Translations under genes and position numbers: made by a program | The notes under the pieces: model-generated | What the model was told of the DNA's origin: nothing | Database searches by the model: none | Seen by the model: only the letters and a program-made list of their open reading frames with translations | Shown here: piece after piece, positions 11,661 to 24,847 of the stretch | How positions within the stretch are numbered: position 1 is the first letter of the stretch | Layout: each line of letters opens with the position of its first letter | From: Octopus bimaculoides | Taxonomy: Eukaryota | Direction: 5' to 3' | Length of the DNA stretch: 64,000 bases | Assembly (NCBI RefSeq): GCF_001194135.2 | Contig: NC_069004.1 | Coordinates: 19,464,343 to 19,528,342 of the forward strand

Positions 11661-13203
11661 AAGTGAGATTTCCAAGTAACTTACAAGACAGAAAAAGAAC
11701 AAACAAAAAGGGAAAATAAAAAAAAAGGTCTTGCTACTGAGTTGGGGAGGGGAGGTGACTTTTTGCCTTGAATTGAAAGTATGATAGAGGGACAAGCATA
11801 GGTGTCTTGCTACAGAGGGGACATGTGGCTACCACACATTATACAGAGGTGGGGAGTGGCTGGAAAGGATATAAAGATGGTAGTAATGAAGTGCCAGAGT
11901 AAACTCTCAAGGTACAAGAAGGTGAACATAAGGAGGGGATACCGACAATGTATCAGGGGAGGGGAGGAGAGAGTGGGTACTTTCATATGAGAATGAGGAG
12001 AGTGTAACAGATGGTTAGAGATGGAGGTAGGGGTGAATGTAGAGGTGAAAGTAGAGGTGAGTAATGAACAAAGGGTGGAGGTGTGGTGATGGCCATATAT
12101 CAGTATGGAGAGGGAGTAAGGTGAGAGAGACAGCAGTTGCTTCAGGAAGGATAAGATCAGAAGGGAGGGAAATGATGTGCTGGATATAGGGGTAGCTGTG
12201 AGGAGGGAGATGTAGGGACATATACAGCTGGCTATAGTGAGTGGGGAGGGTGTGATGGCAGACATGTGAGGGTGTTGGAGAATGAAAGCAGATATGTGAG
12301 GTGTTAAATGGAATACATCAGAGGTGAGATATAACTGAAGACAGGGAAAGGAGGTGATTGGGGGTGGGGATAATGGGAATGGGGGTGGAAGTACTTCCAT
12401 GAAGGAGGAGATAACTGGTAGTGCAAAGAAATGGGGAGGAGTAACATGTGCCTGAGACTGCCCTCAAATGATTACAAGCACCAAGTAATGTGTGTGTATA
12501 TGTGTGTGTGTGTGTGCGTGTGTGTGTGTGTGTATGTGGGGGGGGGGCGTGCTGTGTGTGTGTGTGTATGTGTGTGTGTGCGCATGTGCATGCATTATCT
12601 TCTTTTATCTTTTACTTTCGGTCATTAGACTGAGGCCATGCTGTGACATCACCTTGAAGAATTTCAGTCGAATGACTTGTTAAGTTAGCTTGACATGTTT
12701 GCCACAGAAGACTAGAACTGAACAACATTGCTTGCATGACAATGATGCTCATTCTATCTCCATTACGTGATGTCAAGACAAGATTCTCTCTCTCTCTTTC
12801 TCTCCCTTTTTCTCTTTTTATATACACACAGCTGAAGTTGGGTTCTTGGGGAGAGAACACAAATTCTTAATTCATACGCTTCAAATGATCATGATATCTG
12901 GGACTATAAAAATCTGCAAGACCTTAAGATTAAAAGGATGATGGTTAAAACAAGATGCTGTCCTTCACAATATATACACAGAGAGAAAAAGAGAGAGAGA
13001 GAGAGAGATGATGGGTTTCTTTCAGTTCTTGTCTTCCGAATCCACTCACAAGGCTTTGGTTGACTTGGGGCTATATTAGAAGACACTTTCTCAAGGTGCC
13101 ATGCAGTAGGACTAAACCTGGAACCATGTGGTTGGAAAGCAACCTTCTTATCACAGAGCCATGTCTGCACCTATATATGTATGTATGTATGTATGTCTGC
13201 ACC

Positions 13204-13234
<31 letters not shown>

Positions 13235-13479
13235 CTGCACCTATATATATGTATGTATGTATGTATGTATTGTAGCTTCTATGACTTACAACTGACGACA
13301 TTAAGTTATGAATTGAGTCAATGACTGGGGATTAGTCTAATCCTTTCCCAAAATTCCTAGCCTTGTGCATCTGCTAGAAATGACCAGTCAAGAACTAGAA
13401 GCAGAGGACAATCTAATCCAAAACCCAAAACCCAAAGCCTTATGCCTTGTTTAGGTTCCCTGTATCATTATTGATTTTG

Positions 13480-13701
13480 AATTTTGGCACAAGGCCAGTA
13501 ACTTCTGGGGAGTGGGTAAGTAGACTGCATCAACCCCAGTTCTCAACTGGTACTTATTTCATCAACCCTAAAAGGATGAAAGGCAAAGTTAACTGTAGGG
13601 AAATTTGAACTCAAAACATAAGAATGGATGATGAAATGCTGCTAAGCATTTTGCCCGGCCTGCTAATGATTCCACCAGCTCACTGCCTTTGTTTGTATTA
13701 C

Positions 13702-13743
<42 letters not shown>

Positions 13744-13960
13744 TTAAACAAAGGTGGAGAGCCAATAGAATTGTTAATACTCCAGGCAAAATGCTTAGTA
13801 GCATTTCGTTTGTCTTTATGTTCTGTGTTCAAACTCCACTGAGGTTGACTTTGCTTTTCATCATTTTGGGGTCGAAAGTACCATTTGGCCACTGGTGTTG
13901 ATGTAATTGACTTACCCAATCCCTCAGAATTGCTAGCCTTGTGCCAAAATTTAAAATCAT
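13480..13960. mobile_element. Two family B SINEs in head-to-head inverted orientation around (TAT)n
   Basis: Minus copy at about 13480-13690 and plus copy at about 13745-13960. Confidence 0.75.
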
Positions 13961-14089
13961 TTTTATTCATTAAACACAGTAGGAATGGGAAAGTTCAGGT
14001 TAGATATTTTATAGTATGCAGTTATGTCCCTTTATATTCTGAGTTCAAATCCAACTAGAGATGAAGTTAATTTTCTTTCATCTCTCTGG

Positions 14090-14517
14090 AGACTTACTTA
14101 TCAGGCCTTTCACCCCCTGTCTAGTATTGGTCATCAATGACTTCATTCCATTGTTCTTAAGTCTGGGCTGTCTTTGTCTGCTTCTCTCCAGGTGGATCCC
14201 TGCTTTTCCTTCCTTTCAGATTTTACTCTTGCCTGTCATATGTTTTCTTGGGGGAAGGCCTTCCTCTCTTGAGTGTTGTTGGTTTTGAATTATCATCAAT
14301 GCTTCTAAAACTCTGCCTTTTTTGGTAGGTAGGGATGTTGGTCCTACTCAAACCTATTTTCACCTCTCAGAAGAAGTGGTCCATATTAGCCTGGCCCTAT
14401 CTTTTGACCTGTCCAACGTGGCAGGCCCTTCAAGGAGCATGCACTTTGGCATAGCTTTCAGGATTATTAAGGCAAACAAACCTCCATACCATAACAAGGA
14501 ATAGGTCTTGTGGTGGA
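14090..14517 (-). mobile_element. Internally deleted RTE-type LINE derivative (5' UTR joined to ORF C-terminus)
   Basis: The minus strand starts with an RTE-like 5' UTR (ttgttatggtatggaggtttgtttgccttaataatcctgaaagctatgcc...ggacaggtcaaaag). It continues into KRGRPS-KKTY and TWREADKTAQ..QW remnants typical of RTE C-termini. Confidence 0.5.
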
Positions 14518-14527
14518 CTCTCTAGAG

Positions 14528-15864
14528 TAGTGGTTCTTAATCAATTTTTGCCTTTGGTTCCTATTTTACTCTCCTGGACTTCCATAGCCATTCAATGGAT
14601 ATATAAAAACAAAAAATCTTACTGTACTTTTATAATTAAATATTATTATGCAGGCGTAGGAGTGGCTGTGTGGTAAGTAGCTTGCTTACCAACCACATGG
14701 TTCCGGGTTCAGTCCCACTGCATGGCACCTTGGGCAATTGTCTTCTGCTATACCCTCGGGCCGACCAAAGCCTTGTGAGTGGATCTGGTAGACAGAAACT
14801 GAAAGAAGCCCGTTGTATATATGTATATGTATATATATGTGTGTGTGTGTGTGTTTTTGTGTCTGTGTTTGACCCCCCCACCCAACATCGCTTGACAAAC
14901 GATGGTGGTGTGTTTACGTCCCCGTAACTTAGTGGTTCGGCAAAAGAGACCGATAGAATAAGCACTAGGCTCACAAAGAATAAGTCCCGGGGTCGATTTG
15001 CTCGACTAAAGGCAGTGCTCCAGCATGGCCGCAGTCAAATGACTGAAACAAGTAAAAGAGTAAAAGAGTATGCAGTATATGAAGAAATGGTAACCAGTGA
15101 AAATTCTGTAAATAATAATAATAATAATAGTCTTATAGCTCGTAAGCATTCATCGTGTATTGACTAAAGAAATTAGTCTCCTCTCAAAGATTCCTTGTCT
15201 TGCAAAGTTACTTGGTGACCCTGCCAGTGCAGGTGTCACTTAAAAAGCATCCAGGTCCACACTGTAAAGTGGTTGGCATTTGGAAGGGCATCCAGCTGTA
15301 AAAAGCCATGCCAAAACTAACCTCACCTGTGCCGGTGCTATGTAAAAGGCACTCAGCCCACTCTGCGGTGTGGTTGATGTTAGTAAGATCATCCAGCCAT
15401 AGTAAAAAAACCACGCCAGAAACGTATGTATATTGTTATAATTGTCCTTTTAGTAAATAAATAAATTGACATAATATAATGTCTATAAGTTGATGAATAC
15501 CACCTATTAATCCTCTCCATTTTCTTATTGCTCTATAAATTAATGGTAAAACAACTCTTTACCCTCACCCATTTATTACACTTTGTAATGTAATTATCAT
15601 GCAATAAAAAAACGCTAGTGTAATAATAATTGGGTATTCTACCAACAGTATATTGGATAGATATTATCCCTTAGTTGGTTGGATTCACAACCTCTAACTT
15701 CCTTGGATTTATATATATGTCTGGTTGGCCTCGTGGGTAAGGGTGTTAGCCAGTGACAAAAGTGATAGAGGTTTCAATCTCTGCCAGATACAACACATCA
15801 TTTTAAATGGTGGTGCCCCAGCATGGCCACAGCTCATGAGCTGAAACTAGATAAAATGAAAATG

Positions 15865-15931
<67 letters not shown>

Positions 15932-16359
15932 CAATTAGAAAATGGAGGATAATATGCTGAACCCAACTACTTGCAGACAGTGTATCCTGTTGAATTCATT
16001 AATTTAATTCGTAGCTAAAGTGACAAAAAAAGAAAGAAAAAAAGAAAGAAAAAACCAAAGCACAGGTGTCTATAACAAACTATGTTATTTTGCCAACCTG
16101 GTTTACATATAGAAGTACAAAGTACATCGATGACAGGCTTCTTTCAGTTTCCATCTACTAAATCCACTCACAAGGCTTTGGTTACCCCAAGGCAATAGTA
16201 GAAGACACTTGCCTAAGGCATCGTGCAGAGGGATTGAACCTAGAACCATGTGGTTGGGAAGTAAGCTTCTTACCACACAGCCACACCACATAAATTTTAA
16301 CAACAAAATCTTATATGGACCCCCTAAGGGTCACATGCACCCCTAGTTGAGATCCACTG
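14528..16359. mobile_element. hAT/Charlie-type MITE termini separated by about 1.6 kb of nested insertions
   Basis: Left end tagtggttcttaatc follows ctctagag. Right end ctagttgagatccactg with the subterminal ggacccc motif at 16287-16359. TSD match is only 5 of 8. Confidence 0.5.
14653..15068 (+). mobile_element. Full-length young SINE family A (reference copy)
   Basis: A-box tggctgtgtggtaag, B-box gggttcagtccc, CORE-like ccttgggcaa, internal (TA)n(TG)n, tail atggccgcagtcaaatgactgaaacaagtaaaagag. Confidence 0.9.
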
Positions 16360-16479
16360 CTTTAAGGGGACTCCATTAAATAAAAAAGTACCAGTAATAT
16401 ACTATGATCAATTCATTCCACTGCACCCTTCCCCCTTAGAAATTCCTGTTGTTTTGCCATTGTTATAAAGCATCATTAT

Positions 16480-16664
16480 TTCTGTAGGTGGTGTTGATGG
16501 CATAGGTTTTGTTGCTGCTGCTGTTTTTGTTGTTGTTATGATTGTTGTTGATGATGTTGTTGTTGTTGCTTTTACTGCTGCTGCTGTTGTTATTTTGTTG
16601 CTTTTGATGTTGCTTTTTTTTTTTTTGGTGTTATTGCTGCTGATCCTATCCTCTTGTTGATGTC

Positions 16665-16703
<39 letters not shown>

Positions 16704-17022
16704 GCTGCTGCTGCTAGTGGAAAGGCTTCATGAGAGTGTTATTGTTGTTGTTGTTGTTGTTGTTACTACTGTTGCTGATCCTGTTGTTGTTGATCAAAGG
16801 CCGTTTCATGAGACTGAGCAATGATGCTGTGTCCTGAAACTTAACATACACTTACAAACCATTACACACGCACACACACACACGCATCACACACACACAC
16901 ACACATGCACACGCACAGAATCATATACTCACTCATATAGATATAGCCTTTCTCTGTCACTAACACACACAATCTCTCTTTTTCTCCTTCTCCCATTCTA
17001 CTGACTTTTGCTTCCAGGCTCC

Positions 17023-17065
<43 letters not shown>

Positions 17066-17916
17066 ACTTTTTTCTCACATACACAAACACTCTCTTACTC
17101 TCTTTAACATACAACCTCTCTATCACTCTCTCTCTCTTCCTCCTTTCCGCTCTCTCTTTCATTCTCTCTTTCTTTCTGTAACACACAAACACATAAAACT
17201 CTTACTCTCTTTAATATACAACACAACCTCTCTATCACTCTCTCTTTCTCTCTTCCTCATTTCTTCTCTCTCTCTCTCTCTCTTTCTTTCTGTAACACAC
17301 ACACACATAAACCCATTCATGGCTTTTTTCTCTTTCTTTTCCTTTCTTGTATTTTTCCCTCTCAAACACACAAACGCACTCCCTTTTTAACACACACACA
17401 CAATCACCCTTTTTCTGTGTTCCCTCCATCTCTTTAACATGCATGCAATGTCTCTATCTCTCTCTCTATCTCTTTCTTTCCTCTCTCTAATACATATATA
17501 TGCAATTTCTCTCACCCTCTGACACACACATAATGTCTCTCTGTATGTCTTACACACACATACACACACACAATCACTCTCTCTCCCTCTCTTACACACA
17601 TATAATGCTTCTCTCTCTTTCCTTCTCAAACACTATCACACACACATACACACACACACACACACACATACTCTCACAATCACACTCTCTCTCCCTCTTT
17701 TACACATATAATACTTCTCTCTTTCTCTTTCCTTCTCTAACACACACACATACACACACACAATAAAACCTCACATGGTTGCTATTTCTTTAGAATTTTC
17801 TTTTCTCTTCTTTTCATTTTTGTTTTTGTGTTGTTTTTGGCCTGATAAATTGAAATCACTGTTCCACTATTTAGAAGGCCAACTAAATGGGTCCCACAAC
17901 CACCATCACCGCCACC

Positions 17917-17976
<60 letters not shown>

Positions 17977-18300
17977 AACCACTGCCATCACCGCCACCAC
18001 CACCACCTGCTGCTGCTTTTGCTTTTAAATATTTTCACTCCTTTCATAACACAACATGATATCCTTTATTGAGAAACATTTCTTTTAAAAAAAGATTTTT
18101 TCTTACATATTTACATATCTCCATCCTCTTTCTCATTGTCTTACTGTCTGTCTCCCTTTCTTTCTTCCATTCTCTCTCTCTCTATCCATCTGTCTCTCCA
18201 CCTCTCTCTCCACCCTCTCTCCCCACCCCCTCTCTCTTTCTCTCTGCCTCTCTCTCTCTGAGAATTCTTTCTTCCTCAGTAAAAATATTCCATCCACTTT
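16480..18300. repeat. Transposon-free low-complexity region: (GTT/GCT)n, (CT)n/(CA)n, (CAC/CAA)n
   Basis: Direct inspection. Confidence 0.9.
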
Positions 18301-18661
18301 GCATGAGTGCAAAAATCTAGAGTAAAGCACTCATGCACGCATACATGCGCATGCGCATATGCACAAATACACACAAGGATAAAAAAAATAAAGGTTTTGA
18401 AAATTACATGCAATTATTGGTAGCCTTTTGAGAGTACGTTTCAATGTATTGAGTCCTTCCTTACATGAACATTCTCTGTAATCCCTGTGTTAATGTAACC
18501 CCATGTGTGTGCACATGGCTGCATGATTAAGAAGCATGCATCCCAACATATAGTCATTGGTTTAGCCCCATTGCACAGTGCCATTGGCAGCCCTGTGTTG
18601 ACCAAGGCCAAGTGAATAGATTTAGAAACTGAAAGAAGCCTATATATATATATATATATAT

Positions 18662-18694
<33 letters not shown>

Positions 18695-18807
18695 GTTTAA
18701 CGTCCGCTTTCCATGCTAGCATGGGTTGGACGATTTGACTGAGGACTGGTGCAACCGGATGGCTACACCATGTAAATCAAAATAAGCAACAAGGATAGCC
18801 AGAGGTA

Positions 18808-18896
18808 ATGCAGTACGATCGTTTCATGCAACTCCATTTAATTGAACAATACAATCATTACATCAATTTAAAATGCAGAACAATCCTCAGCTGCAC
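18808..18896 (-). ncRNA. Type I hammerhead ribozyme motif with extended stem II
   Basis: On the minus strand: stem I GUGCAG/CUGCAU (6 bp), core CUGAGGA (18890-18884), 58-nt stem II with an 11-bp inner helix, GAAA, palindromic stem III ACGAUCGU, GUA triplet. The 10.1-11.1 pair is a U-U mismatch. Confidence 0.75.
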
Positions 18897-19280
18897 AAAG
18901 ACAGAGAATTCAATTAAATTAGAACAGATGGACACATTAGTATAATAATAGCAAAAATCTCCAAGAAGTTAAGGAGATAGATACAAATTACAAAACATAA
19001 TATAATGATATAAGTTTACCTTTTGAAGATCTTGAGTGAAATATCTTCAAGGCAAAGGACATTACAGAATTTACATGTTGGTTGGTTGAGATACTCCCAT
19101 CATCATCATTTTTTTAATGTCTGCCTCCATGCTGGTATGAGTTGGACAGTTTGACAGGATTTTTCCAGCTGGAGAGTCACCTGGGCACCATTTGTCTGTT
19201 TTGGCATTGTTACTACAGCTGGATGCCCTTCTTAATGCCAACCACTTTATGAGTATACTAGGTGCTTTTACTTGCCAATA

Positions 19281-20565
19281 CACAAGGTGTTCAGGCTAAA
19301 TTTTATGATTTCTTTTGTGACTCATATTTTCAGGAACAGCTTGATGTAATGTAGAACAGTCAACATTATGGAGATTACAGTTGTAGTCAAGAAAAATTTA
19401 GCTAACATGTAGGATCAGAAGCCCTCTGAATATTAGAAAAGAGTTAGCTGTATTGTGAGGATTCATACCAGGTATCAAAGTGCTGACATCACGACTGCTG
19501 CTCAATGCTCTGTGAACACTGTAAAGGCTGTAAGACATGACATGGATAGCTGTAAGGGAGATTACAAAGGTGTGACCACCAGGAAGGGACACAGCAGGCA
19601 TTCTGATTGTGTCCACATACCAGAATTCGTCCAACAACTGCAGGACAAGTTGATGGAAGATCTAAGTAGGGGAATCAGGCTTTGTTGAGAGCCATAGGTG
19701 TTTGAGTTGTCACCATGATACTAGTTCTGAATGAGGAGCTTCTCTGTTACCTATACAAGAGGTACAAAGGTACAAATTCTGGCAGCCAAGGCCAAGGAGA
19801 ACCACTTAACAAAGACAAAGAAGTTTCTGAACAGGCTGAGGCATCCTATTGAACCAGAGATGATCTGGTTCTCCTCAGATGAAAAGAACTTCTCCCAGGA
19901 TCAGTTACACAACACCTAGAACTATCCATGTGATGCCCCAATTATCATGAAAAGCAAGTTACCCCAAACTGTAATGGTCTTTGGATATGTTTCCAGTGAG
20001 AGTGACATCATTCTGTCCAGTATCTTTGAAAAGGGCTCAGACTCAATGAATTGAGTCTAAGACCTTTGTGAAACTGTTGAAGATGGTGGTCAAACTCTGG
20101 CTGAAGAGGGTTGCTACTTGAAGGCCATATGTATGGTTGTAGGATTCAGCTCCTTGCCATACCTCTGGAAAATGTCTGAAGTTGTTGTAGAGTTCTTACA
20201 ACTTTACCAGCTCCAATTTCTTTCCTCCTAATTGTAATCCCATGGATTATTAGATGTGGAGTGTTGTTCAGAAAGACACCAACCATTCTGCATGAAACAC
20301 TGAGCTGGTGGCCAAGATAAAGGCGGTGCTTGAAAATTTTCCCAGGTATACAGCAAAAAACACATGCACCAGATTCTGCAGCCATTTTGAAGCCAAGGTG
20401 GAAGCTGAGGGTGGCTACTTGGAGTAAACTGCTACCTCCCTTATTTATTAATCAAAATACGTAGTTGATATTTTGTCATTTTTTAAAATACTTTTATTTT
20501 TGGATTGGATATGGTGTTTTTTATTCATTTTATGCACACAGTCAAATTCAGCCCAAGCACACTCT
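19281..20565 (+). mobile_element. maT-type (DD37D-like) transposon, full length, heavily decayed
   Basis: Degenerate TIRs caaggtgttcaggctaaattt / aaattcagcccaagcacac. Remnants WFSSDEKNFSQDQ, TVMVFGYVSSE, DSAPCHTS and PPNCNPMDY. Confidence 0.8.
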
Positions 20566-20742
20566 CTCTCTCTCTCTCTCTCTCTTTCTACACCCCACAC
20601 ACACACATTCACTCACATACACACATACATGTAGATCTATACTACGACGTACTTTGATTAATATACTTACACTATTGAAAAATAGATAAATGCCTATTTT
20701 TTACGACTTATGGATTGTTAGGCAACAATGTGTGTGTATGTG

Positions 20743-20773
<31 letters not shown>

Positions 20774-21021
20774 TTGCATGCGTGTACACATGCACAGATG
20801 TAATTTAAATGGAATAAAGCTGCAATGAATCACAATTACAGTAAATGAAGTCTCATCTTTCAATTTTAGCATTATCAAATTGTAATCAATTATAATTATA
20901 ATTTGATAATTTGAAAGTTGAAACTTAAATTTGCGTAATCCTGATTTTTAGTCTTATTAGATTCCTACATTGTTCATTTCCTTGTTGTTTGTACTCTAGT
21001 ACAAAATGCTTATCCCTCCAC

Positions 21022-21082
<61 letters not shown>

Positions 21083-21594
21083 NNNNNNNNNNTATTCTTT
21101 CATTCTTTTACATGTTTCAGTCATTTGACTGTGGCCATGCTGGAGCACCACCTTAAAGGATTTTAGGTGAAGCAGGATTTATTCTTTATAAGCTTAAAAC
21201 TTATTCTTTTGCCAAACTACTGAGTTACAAGGACATAAACACATCAACATCGGTTGTCAAGTGATGGTGCGGGGACACACACACACACATACATGACAGG
21301 CTTCTTTCAGTTTCCACCTATCAAATCCACTCACAAGGCTTTGGTTGGCCTGAGGCTAAAGCAGAGGACACTTGCCCAAGGTGCTATGTGGTGGGACTGA
21401 ACCTAGAACCATGTTGCTGGGAAGCAAGTTTCTTACCACACAGCCACACCTGTGTCTGTATAATAAGCTGAAAATAGGTCTCGTATGCAATACTTGAAAG
21501 GACATAAATGCATTTCAGATACTAAAGTGGAGTGTGGAGCTCATTACTGAGCCTGCATTTTGGTTTCATATTGCACTTCACTGAGGCCCTTTTA

Positions 21595-22310
21595 TAGGGG
21601 TTGGACAAAATAATGGAGACACCTTAAAATTTCAAACAAATTTATTTTAATATGGGGTAGGACTGCTTTTGGTAGTAATTACAGCTTGAATTCTATGAGG
21701 TATGGACTCATACAAAGTTTGAATTCTTTCCAAAGAAATTTTTCTCCATTCTTCAGCTAAAACAGTCTCCAATTCTTGTAGTGATTATGGTGGAGGATAT
21801 CGACTCCTTACTTGTTTTTCTAAAATGCACCATAAATGTTCAATAATTTTGAGATCTGGGGACTTTGGTGGCCAGATAAGATGTTCAACTTCACTAGAAT
21901 GTTCCTCGTGCCATTCAGTAACAACTTTAGCTGTGTGAATTGATGCATTATCATCCTGAAAGATTACGTTTCCCTCCAAAAACAGTTCTGCAACCACTGA
22001 ATGAATTTGATTTGATAAAATGCTTAAATAGTCTTGACTAATAATTCTGCCATCAAGGGAAACCATTGGGCCATCAGATTTCCAAGATATAGCCTCTCAG
22101 ATCATCACAGATCCTCCTCCATGTTTAACAGTTGGAAGAATGCAGTCTGGGTCAAATGGTTCTTTTGGCTGTCTACACACGTATATTCAGTTGGTGGTCA
22201 GAAATAAGGTAAAGGATGACTTGTCTGAGAAAATAACATTCTTCCACTGCTCTAGGGACCAATTCTGTAGGTTTTTACTCCACTCTAAATGCTTTACTCT
22301 TTTACTCATT
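21595..22310 (-). mobile_element. Tc1-like transposon, 3' half, DD36E catalytic spacing
   Basis: TIR-like taggggttggacaaaataatggagacacc after TA. ORF 21785-22066 reads FQDDNASIH...WPPKSPDLKIIEHLW, with 36 residues between the Asp preceding Asn and the Glu. Confidence 0.85.
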
Positions 22311-24847
22311 TCAACCATGTGTCTGTCTTCACATTCTGAGTTCAAATTCCACTGAGGTTGACTTTGCCCTTCATCCTTTCGGGGGTCGATAAATTAAGTA
22401 CCAGTTGCATACTGGGGTCAATCTTATCGTCTAGCTCCCTCCCCCAAAATTTTGGGTCTTGTGCCTAGAAGAGAAAAGAATTTTTATATCTAATTTCCAT
22501 GCTGGCATGGGTTGGACAGGTCTTTGCAATCTGAATAATTTCTTAATTCATAGTTACTGCTCTCCTAGACAGATCAAAGGGCCACATCTTGCTCAACACA
22601 TTCCAATTTTGACATGGTTTCTCCAGCTGAATGCTCTTCCTGACCTCAATTGCATTACAGAGTGTACTGTGCGTGTTTTATCATTGCACCAGCCCTGGAG
22701 AGGCAGTACTGTTTTTGGACAAACTAAAGGACTCTCGAAGTGGTTGGCGTTAGGAAGGGCATCCAGCTGTAGAAACTCTGCCAAATCAGATTGGAGCCTG
22801 GTGTCGCCTCCTGGTTCACCAGTCNNNNNNNNNNGATTGGAGCCTGGTGTCGCCTCCTGGTTCACCAGTCCTCAGTCAAATCATCCAACCCATGCTAGCA
22901 TGGAAAGCAGACGTTAAACAACGATGATAAAGGACCCTCTCAACCACATGTTGTCTCTGATTGTTTGCATGCTTAACACTTAAATGTGGCAGCAGCATTG
23001 TTGGGGTTGCCTTAGGGCCAGCGTGGCTAATGAGTTGTTACCATTCTACTGTCACTTTTAGTTCAAGGCAACATAGTTAAGAGGGAGTAGGGAGTGATAG
23101 GAGGAGACTTGCTGGAGCAATAATATGATGGTGGTGGAGAGGAAACCGAGTGATGGTATAGTGGATAAGAGAATGGAGGAAAGTGAGATGGTGGGTCAAA
23201 ACATTGTCAGTGATGAAGAGAAGAGAGGATATCAGAGAGCGTAATGGGAGAAACAGTGCTGATGTAGTGGATAAAAGAGGGGGAGGGGAGAGGGAGGATG
23301 AGTAACCGAGAGCTTAGTGATAGATTAGAGGGTATCCAAGAGCAGACGGTGGTATAACAGGGATATATTGGGCAATAGACCAAAATTGCTAAGTGCAAAT
23401 CTACCTTTGGCATAACTTGGAGAACTGATTCTCTTAATTGCACTAATCAACACTTAATTGATGCATCTGATTAAAAATAAGATCATTTATGTGAAATAAA
23501 AATAAATATTGATTGATTTCATTAACTGAATCTATCTATACCAACACACTTTCAACAGATCAAACCAAATAGATATTTTTGAAGACCCTGTCTTCATGAA
23601 GTGTGTCTTTGGAAACAATCAGCTTGGTACAATCAAATCTTTTCTGCAAGGTCTATTTATTGTAAACATTGAACCCAGCACTAGAATTAAATAAACCGGA
23701 GAGCCTCTATATGGTTGCTCAATCTGCTAGAAATAGCAACCCAACAATGCTTTACTATCTTAAAGAGAAAGACACATTAGATAATACAGTAATTTTTGGG
23801 GTTGATAAAAAAGCACATCTGGGGTAGTGAACTTGTTGAATCATTTGAGCATATTTGTTCCAGACATGTACGTTTTGAGTTCAAATCTTGTGGCTCATTT
23901 GTGTATTAAACTTTATTTATTAGCCAGTTTAACACCATTTGGTTCTTGAGCGCCTTTAATAGAGCCCACTCTATTGTAGACACATGAGCTAGATTCCTGG
24001 TTTGAGTATACCTTCCTCTCTTCCCTCAGTCTCTGAAACTCTGGAAATGGGCTTGGGTATAAATTACACTGAGTACCACAATTTTTGTCCTTGGGTAGCA
24101 ACTATTATTTCATATTTGCTTACCCTTAGAAAGCATGAAAAATGGCTAAATATTTCCTTCAAACTTTGCTTTTCTTACATCTATTCATCCCCTAAAGAAT
24201 CCCTCTCAACACATGGCTATGATGTTCCCACATCATTTCTGCTCATCATCAGAAATGCACATATTGTCAGCCGCTAAGGGACATGCTCAAGTGGTTTAAG
24301 GTCAAACAACTAACAAGCAAATCTGAGGTTCAAAACACGTTGTACTTATAAGCAAGTGCTAAAATCAACACTACAAGCTAGTAAAGGATAAAGAAAAAAA
24401 GATAAGGCTTCTTCCAGAGTCAAACAGACTCAGAGCAATGGAGTCAGGGATTCTCTGGCATATATACTATCCCTGCTGGATGGGATGTTGGTCTGTTGCA
24501 AAAATACTCTTTTTTGCTAGTTGCATGGACTGGAGCAACACCAAAAGAAGTGTTTTGCTGAAGAACACAATGCATCACCCAGTCCTAGAATTGAAACCAC
24601 AATCTTTTGACCATGAGTCCAATACCCTAACCACTAAGCTATGCACCTCTACTATTAGCTAATAAAACAATAATTTTATAAACCAACTAATCTACTGACC
24701 ATATCCAGCCATCTTTCAACTTCCTTTGAGTAATACTTCAACTTAATATATTAAACATATAGAAATGCTATTTTGTAGTTTAGAAGCTAAGTATTTTCTA
24801 AATACTTATGAAATTGTAAAAAAGTTGAATCATTTACTAAATTAGAA

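Noticed and set aside
22790-22870. Exact direct repeat of about 36 bp on either side of a 10-N gap
   Set aside because: Typical unmerged contig overlap inside a family C repeat.
23559-23650. Exon-like frame SNQIDIFEDPVFMKCVFGNNQLGTIKSFLQ
   Set aside because: The acceptor is plausible but both candidate donors (gtacaa, gtctat) are weak, and the peptide is not recognised.
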